Positions 15,001-30,000 of a DNA stretch of 64,000 nucleotides are shown piece by piece. Position 1 is the first letter of the stretch, and each line of letters begins with the position of its first letter. The notes beneath the pieces are model-generated. The model was not told the origin of the DNA, ran no database searches, and was given only the letters and a program-made list of their open reading frames with translations. The position numbers and the translations under genes are program-made. The stretch comes from Eledone cirrhosa (lineage: Eukaryota), in the NCBI GenBank assembly GCA_964016885.1, contig OZ024741.1, positions 406,410,001 to 406,474,000 of the forward strand, in the 5' to 3' direction.

Positions 15001-18000
15001 GAGGTTGGTGTACAATGGCATGTAAGGGTGATTGAGTTACTGTGAACTTAAAGACAGAGGTTGGTGGACAATGGCATGTAAGGGGGATTGAGTTACTGTG
15101 AACTTAAAGACAGAGGTTGGTGGACAATGACATGTAAGGAGGATTGAGTTACTGTGAACTTAAAGACAGAGGTTGGTGGACAATGGCATGTAAGGAGGAG
15201 TGAGTTACTGTGAACTTAAAGACAGAGGTTGGTGGACAATGGCATGTAAGGAGGATTGAGTTACTGTGAACTTAAAGACAGAGGTTGGTGGACAATGGCA
15301 TGTAAGGAGGAGTGAGTTACTGTGAACTTAAAGACAGAGGTTGGTGGACAATGGCATGTATGGAGGATTGAGTTACTGTGAACTTAAAGACAGAGGTTGG
15401 TGGACAATGGCATGTAAGGGGGATTGAGTTACTGTGAACTTAAAGACACAGGTTGGTGGACAATGATATGTATGGGGGATTGAGTTACTGTGAACTTAAA
15501 GACAGAGGTTGGTGGACGATGGCATGTAGGGAGGATTGAGTTACTGTGAACTTAAAGACAGAGGTTGGTGGACAATGGCATGTAAGGAGGAGTGAGTTAC
15601 TGTGAACTTAAAGACAGAGGTTGGTGGACAATGGCATGTAAGGAGGATTGAGTTACTGTGAACTTAAAGACAGAGGTTGGTGGACAATGGCATGTAAGGA
15701 GGATTGAGTTACTGTGAACTTAAAGACAGAGGTTGGTGGACAATGACATGTAAGAAGGATTGAGTTACTGTGAACTTAAAGACAGAGGTTGGTGGACAAT
15801 GACAAGTATGGGGGATTGAGTTACTGTGAACTTAAAGACAGAGGTTGGTGGACAATGGCATGTAAGGAGGATTGAGTAACTGTGAACTTAAAGACAGAGG
15901 TTGGTGGACAATGGCATGTAAGGAGGAGTGAGTTACTGTGAACTTAAAGACAGAGGTTGGTGGACAATGACATGTAAGGGGGATTGAGTTACTGTGAACT
16001 TAAAGACAGAGGTTGGTGGACAATGGCATGTAAGGAGGATTGAGTTACTGTGAACTTAAAGACAGAGGTTGGTGGACAATGGCATGTAAGGAGGATTGAG
16101 TTACTGTGAACCTAAAGACAGAGGTTGGTGGACAATGGCATGTAAGGAGGAGTGAGTTACTGTGAACTTAAAGACAGAGGTTGGTGGACAATGACATGTA
16201 AGGGGGATTGAGTTACTGTGAACTTAAAGACAGAGGTTGGTGGACAATGACATGTAAGGGGGACTGAGTTACTGTGAACTTAAAGACAGAGGTTGGTGGA
16301 CAATGACATGTAAGGAGGATTGAGTTACTGTGAACTTAAAGACAGAGGTTGGTGGACAATGACATGTAAGGGGGATTGAGTTACTGTGAACTTAAAGACA
16401 GAGGTTGGTGGACAATGACATGTAAGGGGGATTGAGTTACTGTGAACTTAAAGACAGAGGTTGGTGGACAATGACATGTAAGGAGGAATGAGTTACTGTG
16501 AACTTAAAGACAGAGGTTGGTGGACAATGGCATGTAAGGAGGATTGAGTTACTGTGAACTTAAAGACAGAGGTTGGTGGACAATGGCATGTAAGGGGGAG
16601 TGAGTTACTGTGAACTTAAAGACAGAGGTTGGTGGACAATGGCATGTATGGAGGATTGAGTTACTGTGAACTTAAAGACAGAGGTTGGTGGACAATGGCA
16701 TGTAAGGAAGATTGAGTTACTGTGAACATAAAGACAGAGGTTGGTGGACAATGGCATGTAAGGGGGATTGAGTTACTGTGAACTTAAAGACACAGGTTGG
16801 TGGACAATGATATGTAAGGGGGATTGAGTTACTGTGAACTTAAAGACAGAGGTTGGTGGACAATGGCATGTAAGGAGGATTGAGTTACTGTGAACTTAAA
16901 GACAGAGGTTGGTGCACAATGACATGTAAGGAGGAGTGAGTTACTGTGAACTTAAAGACAGAGGTTGGTGGACAATGGCATGTAAGGAGGATTGAGTTAC
17001 TGTGAACTTAAAGACAGAGGTTGGTGGACAATGGCATGTAAGGAGGATTGAGTTACTGTGAACTTAAAGACAGAGGTTGGTGGACAATGACATGTAAGAA
17101 GGATTGAGTTACTGTGAACTTAAAGACAGAGGTTGGTGGACAATGGCATGTAAGGAGGATTGAGTTACTGTGAACTTAAAGACAGAGGTTGGTGGACAAT
17201 GGCATGTAAGGAGGATTGAGTTACTGTGAACATAAAGACAGAGGTTGGTGGACAATGGCATGTAAGGAGGATTGAGTTACTGTGAACATAAAGACAGAGG
17301 TTGGTGGACAATGGCATGTAAGGAGGAGTGAGTTACTGTGAACTTAAAGACAGAGGTTGGTGGACAATGGCATGTAAGGAGGATTGAGTTACTGTGAACT
17401 TAAAGACAGAGGTTGGTGTACAATGGCATGTAAGGGTGATTGAGTTACTGTGAACTTAAAGACAGAGGTTGGTGGACAATGGCATGTAAGGGGGATTGAG
17501 TTACTGTGAACTTAAAGACAGAGGTTGGTGGACAATGACATGTAAGGAGGATTGAGTTACTGTGAACTTAAAGACAGAGGTTGGTGGACAATGGCATGTA
17601 AGGAGGAGTGAGTTACTGTGAACTTAAAGACAGAGGTTGGTGGACAATGGCATGTAAGGAGGATTGAGTTACTGTGAACTTAAAGACAGAGGTTGGTGGA
17701 CAATGGCATGTAAGGAGGAGTGAGTTACTGTGAACTTAAAGACAGAGGTTGGTGGACAATGGCATGTATGGAGGATTGAGTTACTGTGAACTTAAAGACA
17801 GAGGTTGGTGGACAATGGCATGTAAGGGGGATTGAGTTACTGTGAACTTAAAGACACAGGTTGGTGGACAATGATATGTATGGGGGATTGAGTTACTGTG
17901 AACTTAAAGACAGAGGTTGGTGGACAATGGCATGTAAGGAGGATTGAGTTACTGTGAACTTAAAGACAGAGGTTGGTGGACAATGGCATGTAAGGAGGAG

Positions 18001-21000
18001 TTAGTTACTGTGAACTTAAAGACAGAGGTTGGTGGACAATGGCATGTAAGGAGGATTGAGTTACTGTGAACTTAAAGACAGAGGTTGGTGGACAATGGCA
18101 TGTAAGGAGGATTGAGTTACTGTGAACTTAAAGACAGAGGTTGGTGGACAATGACATGTAAGAAGGATTGAGTTACTGTGAACTTAAAGACAGAGGTTGG
18201 TGGACAATGACAAGTAAGGGGGATTGAGTTACTGTGAACTTAAAGACAGAGGTTGGTGGACAATGGCATGTAAGGAGGATTGAGTAACTGTGAACTTAAA
18301 GACAGAGGTTGGTGGACAATGGCATGTAAGGAGGAGTGAGTTACTGTGAACTTAAAGACAGAGGTTGGTGGACAATGACATGTAAGGGGGATTGAGTTAC
18401 TGTGAACTTAAAGACAGAGGTTGGTGGACAATGGCATGTAAGGAGGATTGAGTTACTGTGAACTTAAAGACAGAGGTTGGTGGACAATGGCATGTAAGGA
18501 GGATTGAGTTACTGTGAACCTAAAGACAGAGGTTGGTGGACAATGGCATGTAAGGAGGAGTGAGTTACTGTGAACTTAAAGACAGAGGTTGGTGGACAAT
18601 GACATGTAAGGGGGATTGAGTTACTGTGAACTTAAAGACAGAGGTTGGTGGACAATGACATGTAAGGGGGACTGAGTTACTGTGAACTTAAAGACAGAGG
18701 TTGGTGGACAATGACATGTAAGGAGGATTGAGTTACTGTGAACTTAAAGACAGAGGTTGGTGGACAATGACATGTAAGGGGGATTGAGTTACTGTGAACT
18801 TAAAGACAGAGGTTGGTGGACAATGACATGTAAGGGGGATTGAGTTACTGTGAACTTAAAGACAGAGGTTGGTGGACAATGACATGTAAGGAGGATTGAG
18901 TTACTGTGAACTTAAAGACAGAGGTTGGTGGACAATGGCATGTAAGGAGGAGTGAGTTACCGTGAACTTAAAGACAGAGGTTGGTGGACAATGGCATGTA
19001 AGGAGGAGTGAGTTACTGTGAACTTAAACACAGAGGTTGGTGGACAATGACATGTAAGGAGGATTGAGTTACTGTGAACTTAAAGACAGAGGTTGGTGGA
19101 CAATGGCATGTAAGGAGGAGTGAGTTACTGTGAACTTAAAGACAGAGGTTGGTGGACAATGGCATGTAAGGAGGATTGAGTTACTGTGAACTTAAAGACA
19201 GAGGTTGGTGGACAATGCCATGTAAGGAGGATTGAGTTACTGTGAACTTAAAGACAGAGGTTGGTGGACAATGACATGTAAGGAGGAGTGAGTTACTGTG
19301 AACTTAAAGACAGAGGTTGGTGGACAATGGCATGTAAGGAGAAGTGAGTTACTGTGAACTTAAAGACAGAGGTTGGTGGACAATGGCATGTAAGGAGGAG
19401 TGAGTTACTGTGAACTTAAAGACAGAGGTTGGTGGACAATGGCATGTAAGGAGGATTGAGTTACTGTGAACTTAAAGACAGAGGTTGGTGGACAATGACA
19501 TATAAGGAGGATTGAGTTACTGTGAACTTAAAGACAGAGGTTGGTGGACAATGACATGTAAGGAGGAGTGAGTTACTGCGAACTTAAAGACAGAGGTTGG
19601 TGGACAATGGCATGTAAGGAGGAGTGAGTTACTGTGAACTTAAAGACAGAGGTTGGTGGACAATGACATGTAAGGAGGAGTGAGTTACTGTGAACTTAAA
19701 GACAGAGGTTGGTGGACAATGGCATGTAAGGAGGAGTGAGTTACTGTGAACTTAAAGACAGAGGTTGGTGGACAATGGCATGTAAGGAGGAGTGGGTTAC
19801 TGTGAACTTAAAGACAGAGGTTGGTGGACAATGGCATGTAAGGAGGATTGAGTTACTGTGAACTTAAAGACAGAGGTTGGTGGACAATGACATGTAAGGA
19901 GGATTGAGTTACTGTGAACTTAAAGACAGAGGTTGGTGGACAATGGCATGTAAGGAGGATTGAGTTACTGTGAACTTAAAGACAGAGGTTGGTGGACAAT
20001 GACATGTAAGGGGGATTGAGTTACTGTGAACTTAAAGACAGAGGTTGGTGGAGAATGACATGTAAGGGGGATTGAGTTACTGTGAACTTAAAGACAGAGG
20101 TTGGTGGACAATGACATGTAAGGAGGATTGAGTTACTGTGAACTTAAAGACAGAGGTTAGTGGACAATGGCATGTAAGGAGGATTGAGTTACTGTTAACT
20201 TAAAGACAGAGGTTGGTGGACAATGGCATGTAAGGGGGATTGAGTTACTGTGAACTTAAAGACACAGGTTGGTGGCCAATGATATGTAAGGGGGATAGAG
20301 TTACGGTGAACTTAAAGACAGAGGTTGGTGGACAATGGCATGTAAGGAGGATTGAGTTACTGTGAACTTAAAGACAGAGGTTGGTGGACAGTGGCATGTA
20401 ACGAGGAGTGAGTTACTGTGAACTTAAAGACAGAGGTTGGTGGACAATGGCATGTAAGGAGGATTGAGTTACTGTGAACTTAAAGACAGAGGTTGGTGGA
20501 CAATGACATGTAAGGGGGATTGAGTTACTGTGATCTTAAAGACAGAGGTTGGTGGACAATGACATGTAAGGGGGATTGAGTTACTGTGAACTTAAAGACA
20601 GAGGTTGGTGGACAATGACATGTAAGGAGGATTGTGTTACTGTGAACTTAAAGACAGAGGTTGGTGGACAATGGCATGTAAGGAGGATTGAGTTACTGTG
20701 AACTTAAAGACAGAGGTTGGTGGACAATGGCATGTAAGGGGGATTGAGTTACTGTGAACTTAAAGACAGAGGTTGGTGGACAATGACATGTAAGGGGGAT
20801 TGAGTTACTGTGAACTTAAAGACAGAGGTTGGTGGACAATGACATGTAAGGGGGACTGAGTTACTGTGAATTTAAAGACAGAGGGTGGTGGACAATGACA
20901 TGTAAGGAGGATTGAGTTACTGTGAACTTAAAGACAGAGGTTGGTGGACAATGACATGTAAGGGGGATTGAGTTACTGTGAACTTAAAGACAGAGGTTGG

Positions 21001-24000
21001 TGGACAATGACATGTAAGGGGGATTGAGTTACTGTGAACTTAAAGACAGATGTTGGTGGACAATGACATGTAAGGAGGATTGAGTTACTGTGAACTTAAA
21101 GACAGAGGTTGGTGGACAATGGCATGTAAGGAGGAGTGAGTTACTGTGAACTTAAACACAGAGGTTGGTGGACAATGACATGTAAGGAGGATTGAGTTAC
21201 TGTGAACTTAAAGACAGAGGTTGGTGGACAATGGCATGTAAGGAGGAGTGAGTTACTGTGAACTTAAAGACAGAGGTTGGTGGACAATGGCATGTAAGGA
21301 GGATTGAGTTACTGTGAACTTAAAGACAGAGGTTGGTGGACAATGGCATGTAAGGAGGATTGAGTTACTGTGAACTTAAAGACAGAGGTTGGTGGACAAT
21401 GACATGTAAGGAGGATTGAGTTACTGTGAACTTAAAGACAGAGGTTGGTGGACAATGACATGTAAGGAGGAGTGAGTTACTGTGAACTTAAAGACAGAGG
21501 TTGGTGGACAATGACATGTAAGGAGGATTGTGTTACTGTGAACTTAAAGACAGAGGTTGGTGGACAATGGCATGTAAGGAGGATTGAGTTACTGTGAACT
21601 TAAAGACAGAGGTTGGTGGACAATGGCATGTAAGGGGGATTGAGTTACTGTGAACTTAAAGACAGAGGTTGGTGGACAATGACATGTAAGGAGGATTGAG
21701 TTACTGTGAACTTAAAGACAGAGGTTGGTGGACAATGACATGTAAGGGGGACTGAGTTACTGTGAATTTAAAGACAGAGGTTGGTGGACAATGACATGTA
21801 AGGAGGATTGAGTTACTGTGAACTTAAAGACAGAGGTTGGTGGACAATGACATGTAAGGGGGATTGAGTTACTGTGAACTTAAAGACAGAGGTTGGTGGA
21901 CAATGACATGTAAGGGGGATTGAGTTACTGTGAACTTAAAGACAGATGTTGGTGGACAATGACATGTAAGGAGGATTGAGTTACTGTGAACTTAAAGACA
22001 GAGGTTGGTGGACAATGGCATGTAAGGAGGAGTGAGTTACTGTGAACTTAAACACAGAGGTTGGTGGACAATGACATGTAAGGAGGATTGAGTTACTGTG
22101 AACTTAAAGACAGAGGTTGGTGGACAATGGCATGTAAGGAGGAGTGAGTTACTGTGAACTTAAAGACAGAGGTTGGTGGACAATGGCATGTAAGGAGGAT
22201 TGAGTTACTGTGAACTTAAAGACAGAGGTTGGTGGACAATGGCATGTAAGGAGGATTGAGTTACTGTGAACTTAAAGACAGAGGTTGGTGGACAATGACA
22301 TGTAAGGAGGATTGAGTTACTGTGAACTTAAAGACAGAGGTTGGTGGACAATGACATGTAAGGAGGAGTGAGTTACTGTGAACTTAAAGACAGAGGTTGG
22401 TGGACAATGGCATGTAAGGAGGATTGAGTTACTGTGAACTTAAAGACAGAGGTTGGTGGACAATGACATGTAAGGAGGATTGAGTTACTGTGAACTTAAA
22501 GACAGAGGTTCGTGGACAATGGCATGTAAGGAGGAGTGAGTTACTGTGAACTTAAAGACAGAGGTTGGTGGACAATGGCATGTAAGGAGGATTGAGTTAC
22601 TGTGAACTTAATGACAGAGGTTGGTGGACAATGACATGTAAGGAGGATTGAGTTACTGTGAACTTAAAGACAGAGGTTGGTGGACAATGACATGTAAGGA
22701 GGAGTGAGTTACTGTGAACTTAAAGACAGAGGTTGGTGGACAATGGCATGTAAGGAGGAGTGAGTTACTGTGAACTTAAAGACAGAGGTTGGTGGACAAT
22801 GGCATGTAAGGAGGATTGAGTTACTGTGAACTTAAAGACAGAGGTTGGTGGACAATGACATGTAAGGAGGATTGAGTTACAGTGAACTTAAAGACAGAGG
22901 TTGGTGGACAATGACATGTAAGGGGGATTGAGTTACTGTGAACTTAAAGACAGAGGTTGGTGGAGAATGACATGTAAGGGGGATTGAGTTACTGTGAACT
23001 TAAAGACAGAGGTTGGTGGACAATGACATGTAAGGAGGATTGAGTTACTGTGAACTTAAAGACAGAGGTTGGTGGACAATGGCATGTAAGGAGGATTGAG
23101 TTACTGTGAACTTAAAGACAGAGGTTGGTGGACAATGGCATGTAAGGGGGATTGAGTTACTGTGAACTTAAAGACACAGGTTAGTGGCCAATGATATGTA
23201 AGGGGGATTGAGTTACTGTGAACTTAAAGACAGAGGTTGGTGGACAATGGCATGTAAGGAGGATTGAGTTACTGTGAACTTAAAAACAGAGGTTGGTGGA
23301 CAATGGCATGTAAGGGGGAGTGAGTTACTGTGAACTTAAAGACAGAGGTTGGTGCACAATGGCATGTAAGGAGGATTGAGTTACTGTGAACTTAAAGACA
23401 GAGGTTGGTGGACAATGACATGTAAGGGGGATTGAGTTACTGTGAACTTAAAGACAGAGGTTGGTGGACAATGGCATGTAAGGAGGATTGAGTTACTGTG
23501 AACTTAAAGACAGAGGTTGGTGGACTATGGCATGTAAGGGGGATTGAGTTACTGTGAACTTAATTACAGAGCTTGGTGGACAATGGCATGTAAGGAGGAT
23601 TGAGTTACTGTGAACTTAAAGACAGAGGTTGGTGGACAATGGCATGTAAGGAGGATTGAGTTACGATGAACTTAAAGACAGAGTTTGGTGGACAATGGCA
23701 TGTAAGGAGGATTGAGTTACTGTGAACTTAAAGACAGAGGTTGGTGGACAATGACATGTAAGGAGGAGTGAGTTACTGTGAACTTAAAGACATAGGTTGG
23801 TGGACAATGGCATGTAAGGAGGATTGAGTTACTGTGAACTTAAAGACAGAGGTTGGTGGACAATGACATGTAAGGAGGATTGAGTTACTGTGAACTTAAA
23901 GACAGAGGTTGGTGGACAATGACATGTAAGGAGGAGTGAGTTACTGTGAACTTAAAGACAGAGGTTGGTGGACAATGGCATGTAAGGAGGAGTGAGTTAC

Positions 24001-27000
24001 TGTGAACTTAAAGACAGAGGTTGGTGGACAATGGCATGTAAGGAGGATTGAGTTACTGTGAATTTAAAGACAGAGGTTGGTGGACAATGACATGTAAGGA
24101 GGATTGAGTTACTGTGAACTTAAAGACAGAGGTTGGTGGACAATGGCATGTAAGGAGGATTGAGTTACTGTGAACTTAAAGACAGAGGTTGGTGGACAAT
24201 GACATGTAAGGAGGATTGAGTTACTGTGAACTTAAAGACAGAGGTTTGTGGACAATGGCATGTAAGGAGGATTGAGTTACTGTGAACTTAAAGACAGAGG
24301 TTGGTGGACAATGGCATGTAAGGGCGATTGAGTTACTGTGAACTTAAATACAGAGCTTGGTGGACAATGGCATGTAAGGAGGATTGAGTTACGATGAACT
24401 TAAAGACAGAGTTTGGTGGACAATGACATGTAAGGAGGATTGAGTTACTGTGCACTTAAAGACAGAGGTTGGTGGACAATGACATGTAAGGGGGACTGAG
24501 TTACTGTGAACTTAAAGACAGAGGTTGGTGGACAATGACATGTAAGGGGGACTGAGTTACTGTGCACTTAAAGACAGAGGTTGGTGGACAATGACATGTA
24601 AGGAGGATTGAGTTACTGTGAACTTAAAGACAGAGGTTGGTGGACAATGACATGTAAGGAGGATTGAGTTACTGTGAACTTAAAGACAGAGGTTGGTGGA
24701 CAATGGCATGTAAGGAGGATTGAGTTACTGTGAACTTAAACACAGAGGTTGGTGGACAATGACATGTAAGGAGGATTGAGTTACTGTGAACTTAAAGACA
24801 GAGGTTGGTGGACAATGGCATGTAAGGAGGAGTGAGTTACTGTGCACTTAAAGACAGAGGTTGGTGGACAATGGCATGTAAGGAGGATTGAGTTACTGTG
24901 AACTTAAAGACAGAGGTTGGTGGACAATGGCATGTAAGGAGGATTGAGTTACTGTGAACTTAAAGACAGAGGTTGGTGGACAATGACATGTAAGGAGGAT
25001 TGAGTTACTGTGAACTTAAAGACAGAGGTTGGTGGACAATGACATGTAAGGAGGAGTGAGTTACTGTGAACTTAAAGACATAGGTTGGTGGACAATGGCA
25101 TGTAAGGAGGATTGAGTTACTGTGAACTTAAAGACAGAGGTTGGTGGACAATGACATGTAAGGAGGATTGAGTTACTGTGAACTTAAAGACTGAGGTTGG
25201 TGGACAATGACATGTAAGGAGGAGTGAGTTACTGTGAACTTAAAGACAGAGGTTGGTGGACAATGGCATGTAAGGAGGAGTGAGTTACTGTGAACTTAAA
25301 GACAGAGGTTGGTGGACAATGGCATGTAAGGAGGATTGAGTTACTGTGAACTTAAAGACAGAGGTTGGTGGACAATGACATGTAAGGAGGATTGAGTTAC
25401 TGTGAACTTAAAGACAGAGGTTGGTGGACAATGGCATGTAAGGAGGATTGAGTTACTGTGAACTTAAAGACAGAGGTTGGTGGACAATGACATGTAAGGA
25501 GGATTGAGTTACTGTGAACTTAAAGACAGAGGTTGGTGGACAATGGCATGTAAGGAGGATTGAGTTACTGTGAACTTAAAGACAGAGGTTGGTGGACAAT
25601 GGCATGTAAGGGGGATTGAGTTACTGTGAACTTAAATACAGAGCTTGGTGGACAATGGCATGTAAGGAGGATTGAGTTACTGTGAACTTAAAGACAGAGG
25701 TTGGTGGACAATGGCATGTAAGGAGGATTGAGTTACGATGAACTTAAAGACAGAGTTTGGTGGACAATGGTATGTAAGGAGGATTGAGTTACTGTGAACT
25801 TAAAGACAGAGGTTGGTGGACAATGACATGTAAGGAGGAGTGAGTTACTGTGAACTTAAAGACATAGGTTGGTGGACAATGGCATGTAAGGAGGATTGAG
25901 TTACTGTGAACTTAAAGACAGAGGTTGGTGGACAATGACATGTAAGGAGGATTGAGTTACTGTGAACTTAAAGACAGAGGTTGGTGGACAATGACATGTA
26001 AGGAGGAGTGAGTTACTGTGAACTTAAAGACAGAGGTTGGTGGACAATGGCATGTAAGGAGGAGTGAGTTACTGTGAACTTAAAGACAGAGGTTGGTGGA
26101 CAATGGCATGTAAGGAGGATTGAGTTACTGTGAACTTAAAGACAGAGGTTGGTGGACAATGGCATGTAAGGAGGATTGAGTTACTGTGAACTTAAAGACA
26201 GAGGTTGGTGGACAATGGCATGTAAGGAGGATTGAGTTACTGTGAACTTAAAGACAGAGGTTGGTGGACAATGACATGTAAGGGGGATTGAGTTACTGTG
26301 AACTTAAAGACAGAGGTTGGTGGAGAATGACATGTAAGGGGGATTGAGTTACTGTGAACTTAAAGACAGAGGTTGGTGGACAATGACATGTAAGGAGGAT
26401 TGAGTTACTGTGAACTTAAAGACAGAGGTTGGTGGACAATGGCATGTAAGGAGGATTGAGTTACTGTGAACTTAAAGACAGAGGTTGGTGGACAATGGCA
26501 TGTAAGGGGGATTGAGTTACTGTGAACTTAAAGACACAGGTTAGTGGCCAATGATATGTAAGGGGGATTGAGTTACTGTGAACTTAAAGACAGAGGTTGG
26601 TGGACAATGGCATGTAAGGAGGATTGAGTTACTGTGAACTTAAAAACAGAGGTTGGTGGACAATGGCATGTAAGGGGGAGTGAGTTACTGTGAACTTAAA
26701 GACAGAGGTTGGTGCACAATGGCATGTAAGGAGGATTGAGTTACTGTGAACTTAAAGACAGAGGTTGGTGGACAATGACATGTAAGGGGGATTGAGTTAC
26801 TGTGAACTTAAAGACAGAGGTTGGTGGACAATGGCATGTAAGGAGGATTGAGTTACTGTGAACTTAAAGACAGAGGTTGGTGGACTATGGCATGTAAGGG
26901 GGATTGAGTTACTGTGAACTTAATTACAGAGCTTGGTGGACAATGGCATGTAAGGAGGATTGAGTTACTGTGAACTTAAAGACAGAGGTTGGTGGACAAT

Positions 27001-30000
27001 GGCATGTAAGGAGGATTGAGTTACGATGAACTTAAAGACAGAGTTTGGTGGACAATGGCATGTAAGGAGGATTGAGTTACTGTGAACTTAAAGACAGAGG
27101 TTGGTGGACAATGACATGTAAGGAGGAGTGAGTTACTGTGAACTTAAAGACATAGGTTGGTGGACAATGGCATGTAAGGAGGATTGAGTTACTGTGAACT
27201 TAAAGACAGAGGTTGGTGGACAATGACATGTAAGGAGGATTGAGTTACTGTGAACTTAAAGACAGAGGTTGGTGGACAATGACATGTAAGGAGGAGTGAG
27301 TTACTGTGAACTTAAAGACAGAGGTTGGTGGACAATGGCATGTAAGGAGGAGTGAGTTACTGTGAACTTAAAGACAGAGGTTGGTGGACAATGGCATGTA
27401 AGGAGGATTGAGTTACTGTGAATTTAAAGACAGAGGTTGGTGGACAATGACATGTAAGGAGGATTGAGTTACTGTGAACTTAAAGACAGAGGTTGGTGGA
27501 CAATGGCATGTAAGGAGGATTGAGTTACTGTGAACTTAAAGACAGAGGTTGGTGGACAATGACATGTAAGGAGGATTGAGTTACTGTGAACTTAAAGACA
27601 GAGGTTTGTGGACAATGGCATGTAAGGAGGATTGAGTTACTGTGAACTTAAAGACAGAGGTTGGTGGACAATGGCATGTAAGGGCGATTGAGTTACTGTG
27701 AACTTAAATACAGAGCTTGGTGGACAATGGCATGTAAGGAGGATTGAGTTACGATGAACTTAAAGACAGAGTTTGGTGGACAATGACATGTAAGGAGGAT
27801 TGAGTTACTGTGCACTTAAAGACAGAGGTTGGTGGACAATGACATGTAAGGGGGACTGAGTTACTGTGAACTTAAAGACAGAGGTTGGTGGACAATGACA
27901 TGTAAGGGGGACTGAGTTACTGTGCACTTAAAGACAGAGGTTGGTGGACAATGACATGTAAGGAGGATTGAGTTACTGTGAACTTAAAGACAGAGGTTGG
28001 TGGACAATGACATGTAAGGAGGATTGAGTTACTGTGAACTTAAAGACAGAGGTTGGTGGACAATGGCATGTAAGGAGGATTGAGTTACTGTGAACTTAAA
28101 CACAGAGGTTGGTGGACAATGACATGTAAGGAGGATTGAGTTACTGTGAACTTAAAGACAGAGGTTGGTGGACAATGGCATGTAAGGAGGAGTGAGTTAC
28201 TGTGCACTTAAAGACAGAGGTTGGTGGACAATGGCATGTAAGGAGGATTGAGTTACTGTGAACTTAAAGACAGAGGTTGGTGGACAATGGCATGTAAGGA
28301 GGATTGAGTTACTGTGAACTTAAAGACAGAGGTTGGTGGACAATGACATGTAAGGAGGATTGAGTTACTGTGAACTTAAAGACAGAGGTTGGTGGACAAT
28401 GACATGTAAGGAGGAGTGAGTTACTGTGAACTTAAAGACATAGGTTGGTGGACAATGGCATGTAAGGAGGATTGAGTTACTGTGAACTTAAAGACAGAGG
28501 TTGGTGGACAATGACATGTAAGGAGGATTGAGTTACTGTGAACTTAAAGACTGAGGTTGGTGGACAATGACATGTAAGGAGGAGTGAGTTACTGTGAACT
28601 TAAAGACAGAGGTTGGTGGACAATGGCATGTAAGGAGGAGTGAGTTACTGTGAACTTAAAGACAGAGGTTGGTGGACAATGGCATGTAAGGAGGATTGAG
28701 TTACTGTGAACTTAAAGACAGAGGTTGGTGGACAATGACATGTAAGGAGGATTGAGTTACTGTGAACTTAAAGACAGAGGTTGGTGGACAATGGCATGTA
28801 AGGAGGATTGAGTTACTGTGAACTTAAAGACAGAGGTTGGTGGACAATGACATGTAAGGAGGATTGAGTTACTGTGAACTTAAAGACAGAGGTTGGTGGA
28901 CAATGGCATGTAAGGAGGATTGAGTTACTGTGAACTTAAAGACAGAGGTTGGTGGACAATGGCATGTAAGGGGGATTGAGTTACTGTGAACTTAAATACA
29001 GAGCTTGGTGGACAATGGCATGTAAGGAGGATTGAGTTACTGTGAACTTAAAGACAGAGGTTGGTGGACAATGGCATGTAAGGAGGATTGAGTTACGATG
29101 AACTTAAAGACAGAGTTTGGTGGACAATGGTATGTAAGGAGGATTGAGTTACTGTGAACTTAAAGACAGAGGTTGGTGGACAATGACATGTAAGGAGGAG
29201 TGAGTTACTGTGAACTTAAAGACATAGGTTGGTGGACAATGGCATGTAAGGAGGATTGAGTTACTGTGAACTTAAAGACAGAGGTTGGTGGACAATGACA
29301 TGTAAGGAGGATTGAGTTACTGTGAACTTAAAGACAGAGGTTGGTGGACAATGACATGTAAGGAGGAGTGAGTTACTGTGAACTTAAAGACAGAGGTTGG
29401 TGGACAATGGCATGTAAGGAGGAGTGAGTTACTGTGAACTTAAAGACAGAGGTTGGTGGACAATGGCATGTAAGGAGGATTGAGTTACTGTGAACTTAAA
29501 GACAGAGGTTGGTGGACAATGGCATGTAAGGAGGATTGAGTTACTGTGAACTTAAAGACAGAGGTTGGTGGACAATGGCATGTAAGGAGGATTGAGTTAC
29601 TGTGAACTTAAAGACAGAGGTTGGTGGACAATGACATGTAAGGAGGATTGAGTTACTGTGAACTTAAAGACAGAGGTTGGTGGACAATGGCATGTAAGGA
29701 GGATTGAGTTACTGTGAACTTAAAGACAGAGGTTGGTGGACAATGGCATGTAAGGGGGATTGAGTTACTGTGAACTTAAATACAGAGCTTGGTGGACAAT
29801 GGCATGTAAGGAGGATTGAGTTACGATGAACTTAAAGACAGAGTTTGGTGGACAATGACATGTAAGGAGGATTGAGTTACTGTGAACTTAAAGACAGAGG
29901 TTGGTGGACAATGACATGTAAGGAGGAGTGAGTTACTGTGAACTTAAAGACATAGGTTGGTGGACAATGGCATGTAAGGAGGATTGAGTTACTGTGAACT

